The notes beneath the pieces were generated by a model. It was not told the origin of the DNA. It worked only from the letters and a program-made list of their open reading frames with translations, and did not search any database. The translations under genes and the position numbers were made by a program. Below, piece after piece: positions 22,892 to 35,313 of a DNA stretch of 64,000 nucleotides. Source of the stretch: Vitrella brassicaformis CCMP3155 (lineage: Eukaryota; Protista; Chromerida); contig CDMY01000258.1 in NCBI GenBank assembly GCA_001179505.1, positions 1 to 64,000 on the forward strand, given 5' to 3'. How positions within the stretch are numbered: the stretch's first letter is position 1; each line of letters opens with the position of its first letter.

Positions 22892-25883
22892 TCAGGTCTT
22901 CTGTCCGAAGTTGACAGGACTGTCGTTGGGCACAGACACAGACGGGCTCGCATCCTCGGCGGCAGCACCAGGATGCTGCTGCCGTCCCATCCCCCTCTCG
23001 CCCACCCCATTGCACGCCGGCTGCGTGTGGGCCCCATCCGTCACATTCACACCCACACCACCCTCGCTCCCGCCGCGCCTCCACTGTGTTGGTGTGTCGG
23101 TGTTGTCATTCTCGCTCTGCGCCGGCCTGTGTGCGTGTGCGGTTGTGGCGGGGCTGGGTGCGGGGAAGTCCTCACCGACAGACATGTTGGATGGGGGAGG
23201 GGCCTTGGATGGGCCTGAGGGGGCGGGGGCGGGGGCGCTGCTGCTGGTGGTGTCGGTGTTGGTGTTGGTGTGGTTGTGGGTGCTGTCTGAGGATGACGGG
23301 CGCCGCCCTGACCTCTCGGCCTCTGCAAGGGACATCCGGATGGCCTGCTGGATCAAGGCGCACTCCTGCACACACACACGGACACACACGACAGCAGGTC
23401 AACTCATTGATTGATGGCGCTTCTTATGCGGGTGTGCGCGTGTGTGCAGACGAACGGACCTCTTCATCGTCCACGGCAAAGTCTGGCGTGAGGATGGAGT
23501 GGCCGGCATTCTGACAACCATACCACACACGTAGTGCCACGGCTATTGCGTTTTCCCTCTCCGCTAACGTCTCTTTCGAAATGGAAGGTCTGCTGCGGCG
23601 GCTGCATCTCGTGACGGTGCGGAGGGCGGTCGCGAGCTGACAACCACAGGGCATGAACGTGTGTGTGTGTGTGTGTGTATGTGTGTGTTGTGATGGCTTA
23701 CGCGGCGATGGCTGCGTCTGGGCTCTCTTGGGAGAGACCCCGGAGACTGCCCCCGCGGCCAACAAACGACTCATATCCACACCCTGCAGACCAGACACGC
23801 AGAAGACACACAGAAGGGCAGACAGCGGCCCTTGATGGCTCTCTCGCCTTGTGCCGGCATATATACCTACCTGTGTTTCAGTGAGGTTCTGTGCGGGCGA
23901 CCGGCCGCCCCTCCTGTCGCGGGAGGGAATCATCGAACACTGCACTCACACACACACACGTGTCGAGGAATCCCGCGTGGTTCGTGTGTGTGTGTGTGTG
24001 TGTGTGTGTGACCTGTAGTGTGGTGTGGAAGAAGAACATGATGCTGTTATTGAGGAACTGGGGGCGGGCCGAGTTGTGGTCGCCCTCACATATCACCATG
24101 TTCTGTGGAAGCAAGCACATGAGTGTGTGGCCGCATATGTGTGTGTATGTGGGTGGGTTTGTGTGACTGACTTTGTCTCCTGAGTATCTGTCGTGCAGGT
24201 CTTTGGTGTGGTGTGGCTGGATGAACTGGTCGCCCTCGCCTGCGATGAACAGCGCTGCAACCAAACCTCGCACAGAAACACACGTGCGTGTGCGTGTGTG
24301 TGTGTGTGGCCAGTGGTGACGTCTGTTCTGTGCAGGTCCATGCCCACACCTGGTATGAAAGTCTTGTCGACATGGTTGATGGGCGTCAGCTTGTCGATGT
24401 CAAACGCTGCCTTGCTGGATATCGTCATGCGAATCTGACACACACACACACACACACCAGGTGTGTGCGCGCTTCTGTGTGTCCGTCAGTCAGTGGTTTG
24501 CTTACGAATGCCATAGCGGTGCCGATGAGCCACTTGGGCATCTTCCACTTGACGTAGGTGTCACACAACTCCTCAGCCAACAACCTGACGACACACACAG
24601 CACAAAACACGGCACAGCCACACACTGGTGGATGTGTGTGTGTGTGTGTGTGTGTACCTGAGGCTGGCGAAGGGCGAGTCGAGGACCATGCCGCCGATAG
24701 ATGGGTCTCGGTCGCCGTGCAGCAGAGCCGTCACTGCCAGCCAGCCAATACACACATGTCATCATGTGTGTCAATTAACGGCTGGCAGCACCCACCGCAT
24801 CACTCACTGCGGTGGGTGTGTATGTGGGTGTGCCTATTGCCTTTCCTAACCTGCGCCCATGGACCTGCCCCACAGCCCGATGCAGGTGGTGCGATTCGAC
24901 TCCCGCAGATACGATACCACCTGACCGACCGGCCGGTCGATACAGATCGATGCACACCGACACACACACACATGCTCGATGGCACCACGTCCTGCGATGG
25001 GTAGCGTACCGCAGCGACGTCGTCCCTCTCCCAGTATCCGAGGGAGATGTACTCGCCCTCCGACTGCCCCGAGCCCGAAAAGTCAAACGCGAAGACCGTT
25101 ATGTGGTTGGGCAGCAACACGCTCAGGCTCGTCACTGACACATACACATACACACAATACAGTGCGCACACGCGTGTGCGGCTGTAAGTGGATCAGGTCA
25201 GCAGCAGGGGTGCGGTGTGGTGGTGTGGTGTGCTTACGCGCTTCGAGCCTGGATGAGCAGTTGCCGTGGAGGTAGATCACACACGGCAGCTTCTCGGCTG
25301 GACGCTCCCTGCCAGGCAGGCAGGCAGGCAGGTAGGCACAACACACACACAACACACATACACGTGTGAGTGTGTGTGTGTGTGCCTCTGCGGGCGTGTA
25401 TCTCTCTCTCTCTGCTTATCATACTCTTGCACAGGTTCGAAATGGCTGCATTTGAGCGTCAGGCCCCGGGAGCCCTTCAGGTTGATATCTGCACACACAC
25501 ACAGATGATGCCAGATGGATGGATGGATGGATGGCGCTGTGTGCCCCTGTGTGTGTGTGTGCGCGCCTGTTCGCTGATAGTTGTAGTCCCCGATAGTGAA
25601 GACCGTCGGGCCAAGATCCTCCACCTGCAGCACACCAACAGACAGGGAGAGGGAGGGAGGGGGGAGGGAGCGACTGCCGAGTCACGCCGAGGACGACAAA
25701 CTGATATCGTACTGAAATGCGCGACCTGGTAGTTGTCCCTGGGCGGCCGGATGATGGCCTTCCACAACTCAGCATAGTGCTCCGACCACTGACACACGCA
25801 TCACACGAACACCATTCTCAGCTTCGTTCGCCACCCACGCAAAGGCGCAGGCGGCTCGGCTGCTCTCTCACCCTGGAGAACAT
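22892..25883 (-). CDS. Alpha/beta-hydrolase (serine aminopeptidase S33-like) with a C-terminal ubiquitin-interacting motif
   Basis: LPCVIYLHGNCSSRLEA, FAFDFSGSGQSEGEYISLG, nucleophile GLWGRSMGA, GMVLDSPF, acid AGEGDQFI, His EGDHNSARP; spliced DDEEECALIQQAIRMSLAE. Confidence 0.9.
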
Positions 25884-26199
25884 GGCCGCTGGCAGGGCTG
25901 CCCTTCCTCCCACACAGGCAGAGACCTTACTGAGGCGCTGGTCTCCTCTCTGGCTTCTGCACCGACGACTGCTGGCGATGACGTGTTGCTCTGAAGGTGA
26001 TCAGGAGGTCCCTCCTCTCAGTGCTGGCGCATTGATGGCGTCACGCATCTCTCAACAAACCTCCAACTCTACTCAAACACAACGCGGTGACGATGCGAGC
26101 TGATTTTCGGAGCTCGCAGGATGAGGTGGGGGAAGCGGAGCACACACATTTGTCGGCACTGATGCTGCAGGTGGCTGGGGCGAGTCTTTGTGTTGAGTG

Positions 26200-26962
26200 A
26201 TGCTGTACAGTTTTTATTTGTATTACCGTCACTACTGCGTGTACCATGAGGCCTTCAACCACGGGAGGGTGGCCAAGGACCTGCGGGGCGACCAGAAGCT
26301 CATCAGCGGGCTGCTCTTCTCCATGAAGTCATTCTGCCAAAAGATCAACCCAAAAGAGTGAGTACACACCAGTGACTGGGGAGGGAGTGCCTCAGTGCCT
26401 GCCTGCCCCTGTCTGTGTGTCTGTCTGTCTGTGTGCGTCAGTTTGGGTCCGAATGCGTTGGGGAATCCCTTTCGGTCGTACAGCACGCCCGAGTACAAGC
26501 TGCACTACTTCGAATCTCTCAGCGGATATAAGGTCAGTCAGGTCGACCAACCGGAGAGAGAGGAGATGCAGAGCCGATGGACAGACACGCCATGGATGGA
26601 TGGTTGGCTGCGTCCGTCGTGCGATTGATTGGTGATGTTTCTGTCGTCGTGTGGTGTGCAGCTGCTGTTCATGACGGACCCCTCGGTGCCCCTACTCAGA
26701 GAGCTGCTCAGGTCCGCCCGTCACTCACACCACAAATAACCCATACGCACACACAACGGGGCCGATTTGCGGTGTGTGTGTGTCATTGGTTGATTCATTC
26801 ATCAGTTTCATCTACGGCAGTTTGGTAGTGGAGCAGATCATCAAGAACCCCACATTTGACATCGGCGAGCGGCTGACGGGCCACCCTCTGGCGCCGGCAT
26901 TCTCCAAGGCCCTCAACGACTGCGTGCAGGCCACACCTTTCTTCGCTTCACTGCCTCAGTAG
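26200..26962 (+). CDS. TRAPPC1: TRAPP complex subunit 1 (Bet5, sybindin-like)
   Basis: MLYSFYLYYRHYCVYHEAF...QKLISGLLFSMKSFCQKINP; FRSYSTPEYKLHYFESLSGYK; LLFMTDP; LVVEQIIKNP. Confidence 0.88.
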
Positions 26963-27719
26963 ATAGACAGACAGACAGACAGATGGTGGTAGAATGGTGA
27001 GTGCTTGCAATGCGCCGTGTGTGAAGTACATGTATACATAGCTGGTCGGTCGGCCAGCCTGCGTGTGAGTTGACTTCGCTCGGTTTTGTGTGGACCAACC
27101 AGAAAGACCAATCCAGCATCAATCAATCTGTCCGTCCCCTCCCCTGAAATCAGCCGACAGAGGCACAACAAAGGGTTTGGCACAGGTGCATCGACGTATC
27201 TACACCTACCCTTGTCGATGTCCACAGATCACCTCAGCTCACACACACGCACCTACGCACATGCTTCAATCCACACGTATGTGGTCGGTCGGTCGGCTCA
27301 TCACATACATGGTCGGCAGCCGTGTGCCGTGCTGCGGTACAAGATCTCTGCCGGCCATCGCTCCCTCGCCACCTTGGATATCGGCAACGAGGGAGTGATG
27401 ACCGCGTGGAATCTCACACCACAGCACAGCCGCCATTGCAACTCCAAATGCAATGGAATCCTCGCTCCATATCGACCGTATTGCAGACACATCCTTCACC
27501 ATTATTGATGCATTTCACTGCTTGACGGCAATGGCATCGCTGGTCTGATTCTGCCCGCGGCCCGAAACGTGTGATGGTCTCTCGCGACGTCAGAGGAACC
27601 ATCATCCGTTTCGGTCGGAGACTCAAAGCAGCCCAGCGGTGCCACGTCAGAAAACCGCCACACACAAATATATACATGGAGCGTCTCTCCCTCTCCATCT
27701 CTCGTTGTCGCTGCCTAAG

Positions 27720-30700
27720 TCATGTGGACGACAGGCTCTCGACAGGCCCCACCGGCACGAAGTCCTGAGGGTCGAACGGGGGCTCCTCCTCATACTGACC
27801 GCTCGCCGCCGGCCAGTCCTTCTTGTGCTTCTTCGCAGGCACTGGCCGACCCACACCACCACCACCACCACTCACACGCCTGCATGGCCACAGACACACA
27901 CACACACATAGGTCGAAGGCCCCCTTGTTCTTAAGAGGAGCGCATGGCTTCCTACGTACCTTGGCAGCTGCAGCTTCATGACGGGCCCCGTGTCGCCGTC
28001 TTTGTGGACGAAGGGGACGCCCGTCAGCTCGTGGCGTGTGAGGACGATGTTCTGCTGGTCCGTTTGGGAGTCGTCACCATGGTGGCGGAGGTCGGCCAGC
28101 ACGCACACGTCGAACAGAGGCCAGTGGGGGAAGCCGCCAAGCCGAAACGCCTGCATCAATCAGAAGGCAATGCAATGGTGGGAGTGTGAGCGTGGCACAC
28201 ACGTGTGTGCCTCTGTGTGTTGTGTGTACCTTCCATGGCTGTATTGCGTCAGGGAGTGCGAGGTCGACCCCCCTGACCCCTCTGAATGCCCCCTGGATGG
28301 CCGTGTAGGCTTCTTGGAGGCTGTCGAACGTCTCCGGCGGCCGCCCCTTGCACCACTGCTCGTCCTTGACTATCACCTGCACGTCGTCGCACGACGCCGT
28401 CAGGCTCGTCAGCCACACATCGGTCAGCTTGGCCTCTTGTCCGCCATCAGTCAGCACCACGTCGATCTCCACTTGCATGGGCAAAGTCAGCGGCAGCAGC
28501 GGCGCTACGCTCGGCAGAGTGACGTGCCGCCAGTCGTGTGCAGGGCCGGGCAGCACATCGTCCCCACTGTGCGTGCGCTTGCCCACTGCTGCTCGGGAGC
28601 CCTGGCGGACCGTCCTGGCCTTCGCCTTGGCCTTCGGTCGGGCCGGCTTGGGCGGCGGAAACTGCTTCCTGATCGTTCACACACACACACACACACACAC
28701 ACAGAGGGCAGAAAGGATCAGGTGTCCATCGGCTCGCCGATGGCTGGGTTTGTGTGTGGAGGGTGTCTGTTTGTCTGTTTGTTCACACACTTAAGGAACT
28801 GGACGTGCTCCTTGAGCATGGCGTTTGTGAGGGCGAATGGGCGGTCGGTCATCTTGCCCAGGGGCTCGAGCAGCTTCTTGAGGTACTGCATGAAGGTCCC
28901 CTTGGCGTCGGCCTCCAGCTGCAGCCTCGCCGCCTCGCGGCTGTCCTCACCCTCCAGCGCAGTGCTGCACACACACACACATATACAAGGGCGGGAGAGA
29001 GAGGGAGGCACATACAGACGTGTGGTCAGTGGTCAGTGGTCTCTGCCGTTTACTAGGCGTCTTTGATGATTCTATGTATCAGTTCCAGCTTCACGACCCA
29101 CTGCCCGATGCACTGCAGTGGGGAGGCAGTCAACGCAGGCTGACGACAGACACACACACACATGCATCACATCAACGCACACAGAGGTAATGCCGTGTGC
29201 TGCGTCACTTGCCTCTTTGCGTTTCTTGTTTGCAGCCGCCGTGGGTGTCTGGGGAAAGGCAGCGGTGGGGCTGCCCTGGGGGCTGGCTTCATCCTGACGC
29301 GGCGATGGCGACGGCTCAGGCGACGCGGCGCCGTCAATCTCCATCGGCACAGGCCCATCACCTGCACCTGCCGCTCCTGCCGGCGCAGCTGCTGCCGGTG
29401 GGCTCGCCTCTCCCTCTCCCTGTCCCTCAGGTCTGTGTGGCGGGGGTGCCTCCGGTGCGGCCTTGGCGTTGGCGGTGGCCGCCTGCTGCCGCAGCCGGAA
29501 GTCATCGAATGCCTGCAGACAGACGCCACAACGCAACACACACAAGACACACAAGTTGTGGGACCGGCCGCATGAGGGTGGTTGGTGGTGTAGTGTGTGG
29601 CCAGCTTGCTGGCACACTCAGGTACCTGTCTGAGTTCTAGTCTGTGTGTGGGGTCGTCGCCGAAGAGCTCCGACGAAAGGATGTGCTGCTCACACTCCTC
29701 ACGGAACACACGACCCATCTGTGGGGTGTGGTGTGCAGGCAGGCCGCCCCGGCACACAGGAGTGGATGTGTGTGTGTGTCTCTGTGTGTGTGTGCGGTGA
29801 CCTTGATCTTCTCGCTCAGGTAGTCAATGCGCCACAAACGCTGCAGATGTGCCAACAGAGAGAGATGTGTGGAGTCGTTAATGCGCCAGTGGCGCATTGA
29901 GTGTCTGCCTGCGTACGTACGTCGAACTGTCGCTTCTTGATGTCAGGGCACATGTGTTTGACGGCGTGGAAGAGGTTGCGCCACACGTTGATGCGCGCAG
30001 GGCTCTTGCCCTGACACACACACACACACACACACGGACACACACTCACACAATGAATGCAGTCCACTCCACCGAGGGGGTCGAGGGAGCATGACGTGGT
30101 AGCTGGCTGACTTACAGCTTTGTCCCAGTGGAGGGCCAGCACAGACACGTCGGTCTCGTGCAGCACTGCCTCTGCCAGGGCACCGAACTGACAGAGGGAG
30201 GAGGGGGGATCTCAACCATGGTTCTTCCTCTGCTTGTCTGTTGTTCTGTCTCACCTTCTGCTTGATGTGCTGCAGGTGGTCGCGGGTATCTGTTGCCGGC
30301 CGAGACACCACACACACAAAGACAGACACTTTGTCGACGGGCGAGCCGGTGTCTCTTCCCCTTCCTCCCTCCCTCACCCTCTAGCGCCTGCAGGTCCCGC
30401 GACAAATCAGCGAAGAAGGCCTGGACGGTGGGCGTCGAAAACTGCACAAGGCGCGCAATGGAACACGCAGTTGAGAACCCAACTCACCATTGGGATCCAT
30501 CGAGACCGTCTGTCTGTCTGCCCCGGTTACCGGCATTCGGTCTATCTGTTGGAAGTGCTGCCATAGTGGGACGGTGAGCTGCCCGAGTGAGTCGATGTCT
30601 CTCTGGAAGTCGTCAGCAGCGGCCTTCTCGGAGTCGCTCTCCTCGTCCGACGACCCTTGGCGGAAGATGAAGTCGCTCGGGTCATACAGCAGCTCCTCGT

Positions 30701-31787
30701 CAGTCTCTGCGCACGCGCCAACACACATACAACACCGGTGGGGTGGGGTGGATGGATCTGTGCGAGACAGGTGTGGTCTGCGCCAATTCACCATTTCCTC
30801 ACCGCTGTGTGTGCCCTCGTCGTCGTCATTGTCTTGGCCGCCGCCATTGTCTTTGTTGCCGTTCTTCTCGGCCCGCTCCCGCCGGTCCTTCTCGGCCTCC
30901 TCAAACTCAGCGCGCAAATCGAACCCCAACTCATGCACCTGACAACGGGACACAGGCACCGCACCGCACCGCGTGTGTGTCTGTGTGTCGATGGTCTGTT
31001 GAGTTGACGCACCCACCTGTTCAGAGTCGTCGATGAAGTCTCGGTCCACTTTGTTGACCCGGCCCTGCCTGAGCTCCCGGTAGTAGGAGGTGGGGTCGCA
31101 CGCCATGCTTGTGCGGTTCAGACGCTGCTCGAGAGACGCTATCACGTCCTGCAAACGCGACTCGCCGATGCCAAACATACCCCAGCCCTCTTGCTGACAC
31201 CACACACACACACAGAGAGAGAGAGACACACATGGACATACAAACATGTCAGTCACCACACCATGTGAATGTGCCGACCGTCCCTCCCCATCCCTACCTG
31301 CATAAGCCGTCTCTGCGCCTCCAGCTCCTGTTTGTCGGCCCTCTTGGCATCCTCCGCCCCACCCTGCTCCTTGTTCTTCCCCTCCCTCTCCAGCTGCTGC
31401 GCGAGGGCCTCCCGCTGCTCGCGAAGCTCACGCAGCTTCTTCTCTTCAGGCCGCTCGGGCACCTCCTCATACGCCCCGCCCTCATACTGCTCAGCCAGGG
31501 CGTCACGCACAGACACCACGATGGGCTTGCCGTCTGCTGATCGGAGGGGCCCGAGATAGACGGGGCAGCCGCCCTTGAGCCGGGTTTTCTTGCGTGTGGT
31601 GAGCTCCTCCTCCTCCTCCTCCTCCTCCTCCTCTGGGCCCATGTCGACCTCTTCTTCTTTGTCGTTGTCATTGTCATTGTCATCCTCCTCCTCGTCATTG
31701 TCATTGTCATTGTCGTCTCCCATATCCTCGTCCTGAGTCAATCAAGTGCACACAACACACCAATGCGTCCTGCTTCCCGATACATAC

Positions 31788-31823
<36 letters not shown>

Positions 31824-32270
31824 CCGTGCGCTGGTTGCTTGTTCATCGATGCGGTTCGGTTCACCTCTTCGTCGTTGCTGTTGTGTGGCTCTTTCCCATC
31901 ATGCTCGACGTCCATCGGCCTGGCCTCTGGAGAGGCGCCTGGAGGCCATTAAGCAAACAAGCAACACGGCCACAGGTAGATCTGACGGCATGAGTGAGTG
32001 ACTGATCTGGTACAGTGACTGACCTGCTGCTGCTGCTGCTGCTACCGCCGCCGCTGGTGGTTCTGCTGCTGGAGCAGGATGCTCAGCATTGTTGCCGGCG
32101 TCACGTGGCGACTCTCGTCGAGGCTCCTCCTGCTTCACATCAGGTCAGTGCTGCTCCTGCCGCTGCTGCTGGTGGTGCTGCTGCTGCTCGTCACCGCTGT
32201 CCTTGTCCACATCTATGATCTCTCTATCACTCCCTGACCGCTCCCAGCCATCTTTCACGAGAACCACCAT
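27720..32270 (-). CDS. Acidic nuclear protein with a HUN/HRD-like motif (ubinuclein/HPC2-like histone chaperone subunit)
   Basis: Highly acidic N-terminal region; VDRDFIDDSEQ resembles the HUN consensus YDxxDxFIDDSE and is followed by DPSDFIFRQG; basic NLS-like patches. TGA or frameshift at 32145-32147 in the first exon; one GC-AG intron (donor 29212). Confidence 0.5.
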
Positions 32271-32402
32271 CAAAGCAAAGCTCGCGAGGGATCGCTGCGA
32301 GGAATAATTGATGCTTATCGGATGCAACACGTGAGTAGCACTCCCTGGGTGCTCTGCCGCCTGGTCCATTCGCTCTCGTAGCAGACATCTTCGCGAAAAA
32401 CG

Positions 32403-34201
32403 ATGCAACAGCCGGCGTCACAGACAGCGGCAAGCAGTGCTGCCGAGGCCTCCCAGCAGGCCCAGAGCGGCACACAAGGCGACCAGGAGACGGCCTTCTA
32501 TGAATCGCAGCGACGGGTGGGGAAAATGACCCACATGCACCTACAGGTGGCGGGGGCATGCTGGTAATTGTGTTTGTTTTGTGTGTGTGTGTGAGTGTGT
32601 GTGTGCAGCTGGTATTACACGACTACTGCACGGGTGAGTTTGTGGAGGAGACCCTGGCGGTGCTACCGCAGAGGTTCACGTCGCTCGAGCAGTACCGCAT
32701 GTGCTTCATTCCCGCGGTCAGCCACTGGCCCACATACACAGACAGACAGACAGAGTCCCATCTGTGTGTGTGTGTGTGTGTAGGCTGAGGCCAACATCAA
32801 GGCCGAGATCTACGCGTCCATCTGCCAACTCAACCACAAGCGCCAGCTGTGAGAAAGCAACGAGGAGGTCACACACGTGTGCACCCGTCGTGTGTGTCTG
32901 TGTCTAGTGAGATGGTGCTCTCTGTGTCCACCGAGCGGCGATTTGTCCACGGTCGGTATCAAATCGCCTATCAGTGGGCGAGCAAGGAGGACTTCAAACA
33001 GGACTGCGTGCGGGCGCTCCTCCACACCAACGAGGTGGTGCTGGTCTACGACAGGAGCCTCGACATCACCACCAAATTCGACCTCAAGGTGGCCGACGCA
33101 GAGGAGGGCAGATGGGCGCTGGGAGTCATCGACAAACACAGATCACTCAGCCACTGGTCAGCCAATACAGCGAGCCCACCCCACCATGTGTGCCGGATAT
33201 ATGTATGTGTATATGTGGTTTATCGATCTCCCTCTCTCTCTCTGGGTGTGGTGTGGTGTGGTTTGGTGTGTTGTGTGCAGGGACGACATAGAGGGGTTGC
33301 AGGAGCACGACAGGCGTGAGCAAGACGGGCGCGACGGCCGCGGCAGGGGGCGCTTTCCGGCAGGAGCAGCAGCGGGTGGCGGTGGAGGGAAGGGTCGCGG
33401 CCGCGGGCGGGGCATCGTTAAGGGCCAGCAGGGTCCGCGACCGCCTCGCGGATTCACCGGCCCGCTGTACGAGGGCGAGTCGTTCAACAACGGTGCGGCC
33501 GATGAGCAGCAGGCCACCCCTGGTGACCCCGAGCAGCTGGACATACGGCACCGCATGACGCTGACCGAACTGACCGACCTCGGACAGCCAACCACGGTGA
33601 GAGAGGGCCGGGAGAGGGTGTGGGTCTAATGGGTGTTGTTGGTGTTTGTCCATGCGTCTGATAAACTTGTTAGGTGATCAACTTCTACACGTGGTCTGCG
33701 GCGGTGCCTGCGTTTGTCCAAAACGCCGTTACCAACGTCATGGTCATCCCTCTCGTGCAGGTGGGTGCATTCATGAGATTAGATGCACTTCACCCGTACG
33801 TATACATTCGTGTGGGGCTGTCTGTGTGTGTTGGTGTGATGTGACGCAGATCCCAACATCGCTGCGCGCCGGCCTCCTGAACCCCACCACAATAGGCCCT
33901 GAACTGTGAGCGCAATGCCACCTGACCTGCCAACAGAGCAAAGCCACCCAACGTGTGTGTCGTTCAGTGTGCCGGAGGTGTTGGGTGTGCAAGCGGAGGA
34001 GATCGACAGCAAGGACCAGCAGATCGCCGCACAGGCCAAGCAGTTCCTCGCGGAGAAGTTTCAGGCGGAGAATCCACATGCACAGGTGCTGCCGGTGACC
34101 GACCAGCTGGCCAATGACATCTGCCAAAAACTGAGACTCAATCAAAGCCAGGCCACTGCCGTCAAGGTGACTCTTCCCCTCTCCCTCCCACCTACCACAC
34201 A

Positions 34202-34236
<35 letters not shown>

Positions 34237-35281
34237 GGAAAGGGAGAGAGATCCATGTGCGTGTGTGCGTCTGGTGCAGGAGTGTCTGGTGAACCCCACT
34301 CGCCGGGTGCAGCTCATCCAGGGCCCCCCTGGGACCGGCAAGACGTCCACCATCGCTGTCATGCTGGCTGCCCTCGCCCTCTGCGGCCGCCGCACGATGG
34401 CCGTCTCACACACAAACATCGCCACTGCTGAGGTAAACAAGGAGGGAGGGAGGGAGGGAGGGACACTGCACGCATCCACACGTATCTGTGTGTCCATCTG
34501 TCCACGTGTCAGATAGCGCGGAAGTTCCTGACTCGTTTGGTGCGGCACACCGACCCTTTGGAGCTGCTGATGGAGAAGCCGAAGCTGCTCGTGCCGCAGT
34601 CCTACCCGCTCGACGACAGGCGCATGCGCCGCGCGCCGAAGACACACGAAGTGGACCACTTCCTGCCGTCGCACATTGTCCTGGTAAGTCTGTCTGCAGT
34701 GTGCGTGTGTGTGTGTCCGTATGGTTGCAGTGGTGCTGTGTGTGCGTGTGTGGCTGCAGGTTGGTTCGGAGGGCCGAGTAGACACGCGTGAAGGCATAGA
34801 CGCCATTTGGGTATGCGCGTGTGCCAGGGGGGACGGAGGGAGGGAAGAATATGCATTCATGGGGTGGGGCGTTTGTGTGGCGTGTGTGTGTTGTGTTGCA
34901 GGCCGACCATAGAATCCACATGCTTCAGGCGAGTGTGCGGATCATTTTGGAGCTGCTCCGGGGCATCAAGGGCCGGTACAGGCCCAGCACCATACAGAAC
35001 TGGATGAAGCTGCCATGGACCGTTGACACCACACAGGAGGACCGTAAGACATTCATCCACACACACATCCACACACACACAGAGGGATGGGTGTGTCGAT
35101 GGGTACGTTTGTGTGTGTCAGGCATTCCGTTTCCCGATGGTGCAGCTGAGATCTACGCCGCGTTTGACAAGTATCTCAGGCTGATACGCATCAACGGACC
35201 ACCGCCCAGATGGTACACACACACATACACACACACACACACAGATGCACACGTGCGTGTTGGTTGTGTGTCCTGTGTATA

Positions 35282-35313
<32 letters not shown>

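Noticed and set aside
29211-29212. GC-AG intron donor (AAAGAG|gcaagt)
   Set aside because: Probably real, but a common minor splice variant and not novel.
12157-32147. Reassigned genetic code (TGA = Trp or another amino acid)
   Set aside because: Trp is encoded by TGG throughout, and TGA is the normal terminator of NAP1, the kinase, the helicase, the kinesin and other genes.
8071-32270. Functional cluster of histone chaperones (NAP1 + HUN-like) or of flagellar genes (SPATA4-like, kinesin-13, CEP76-like)
   Set aside because: The genes are interspersed with unrelated housekeeping genes; there is no evidence beyond chance proximity.
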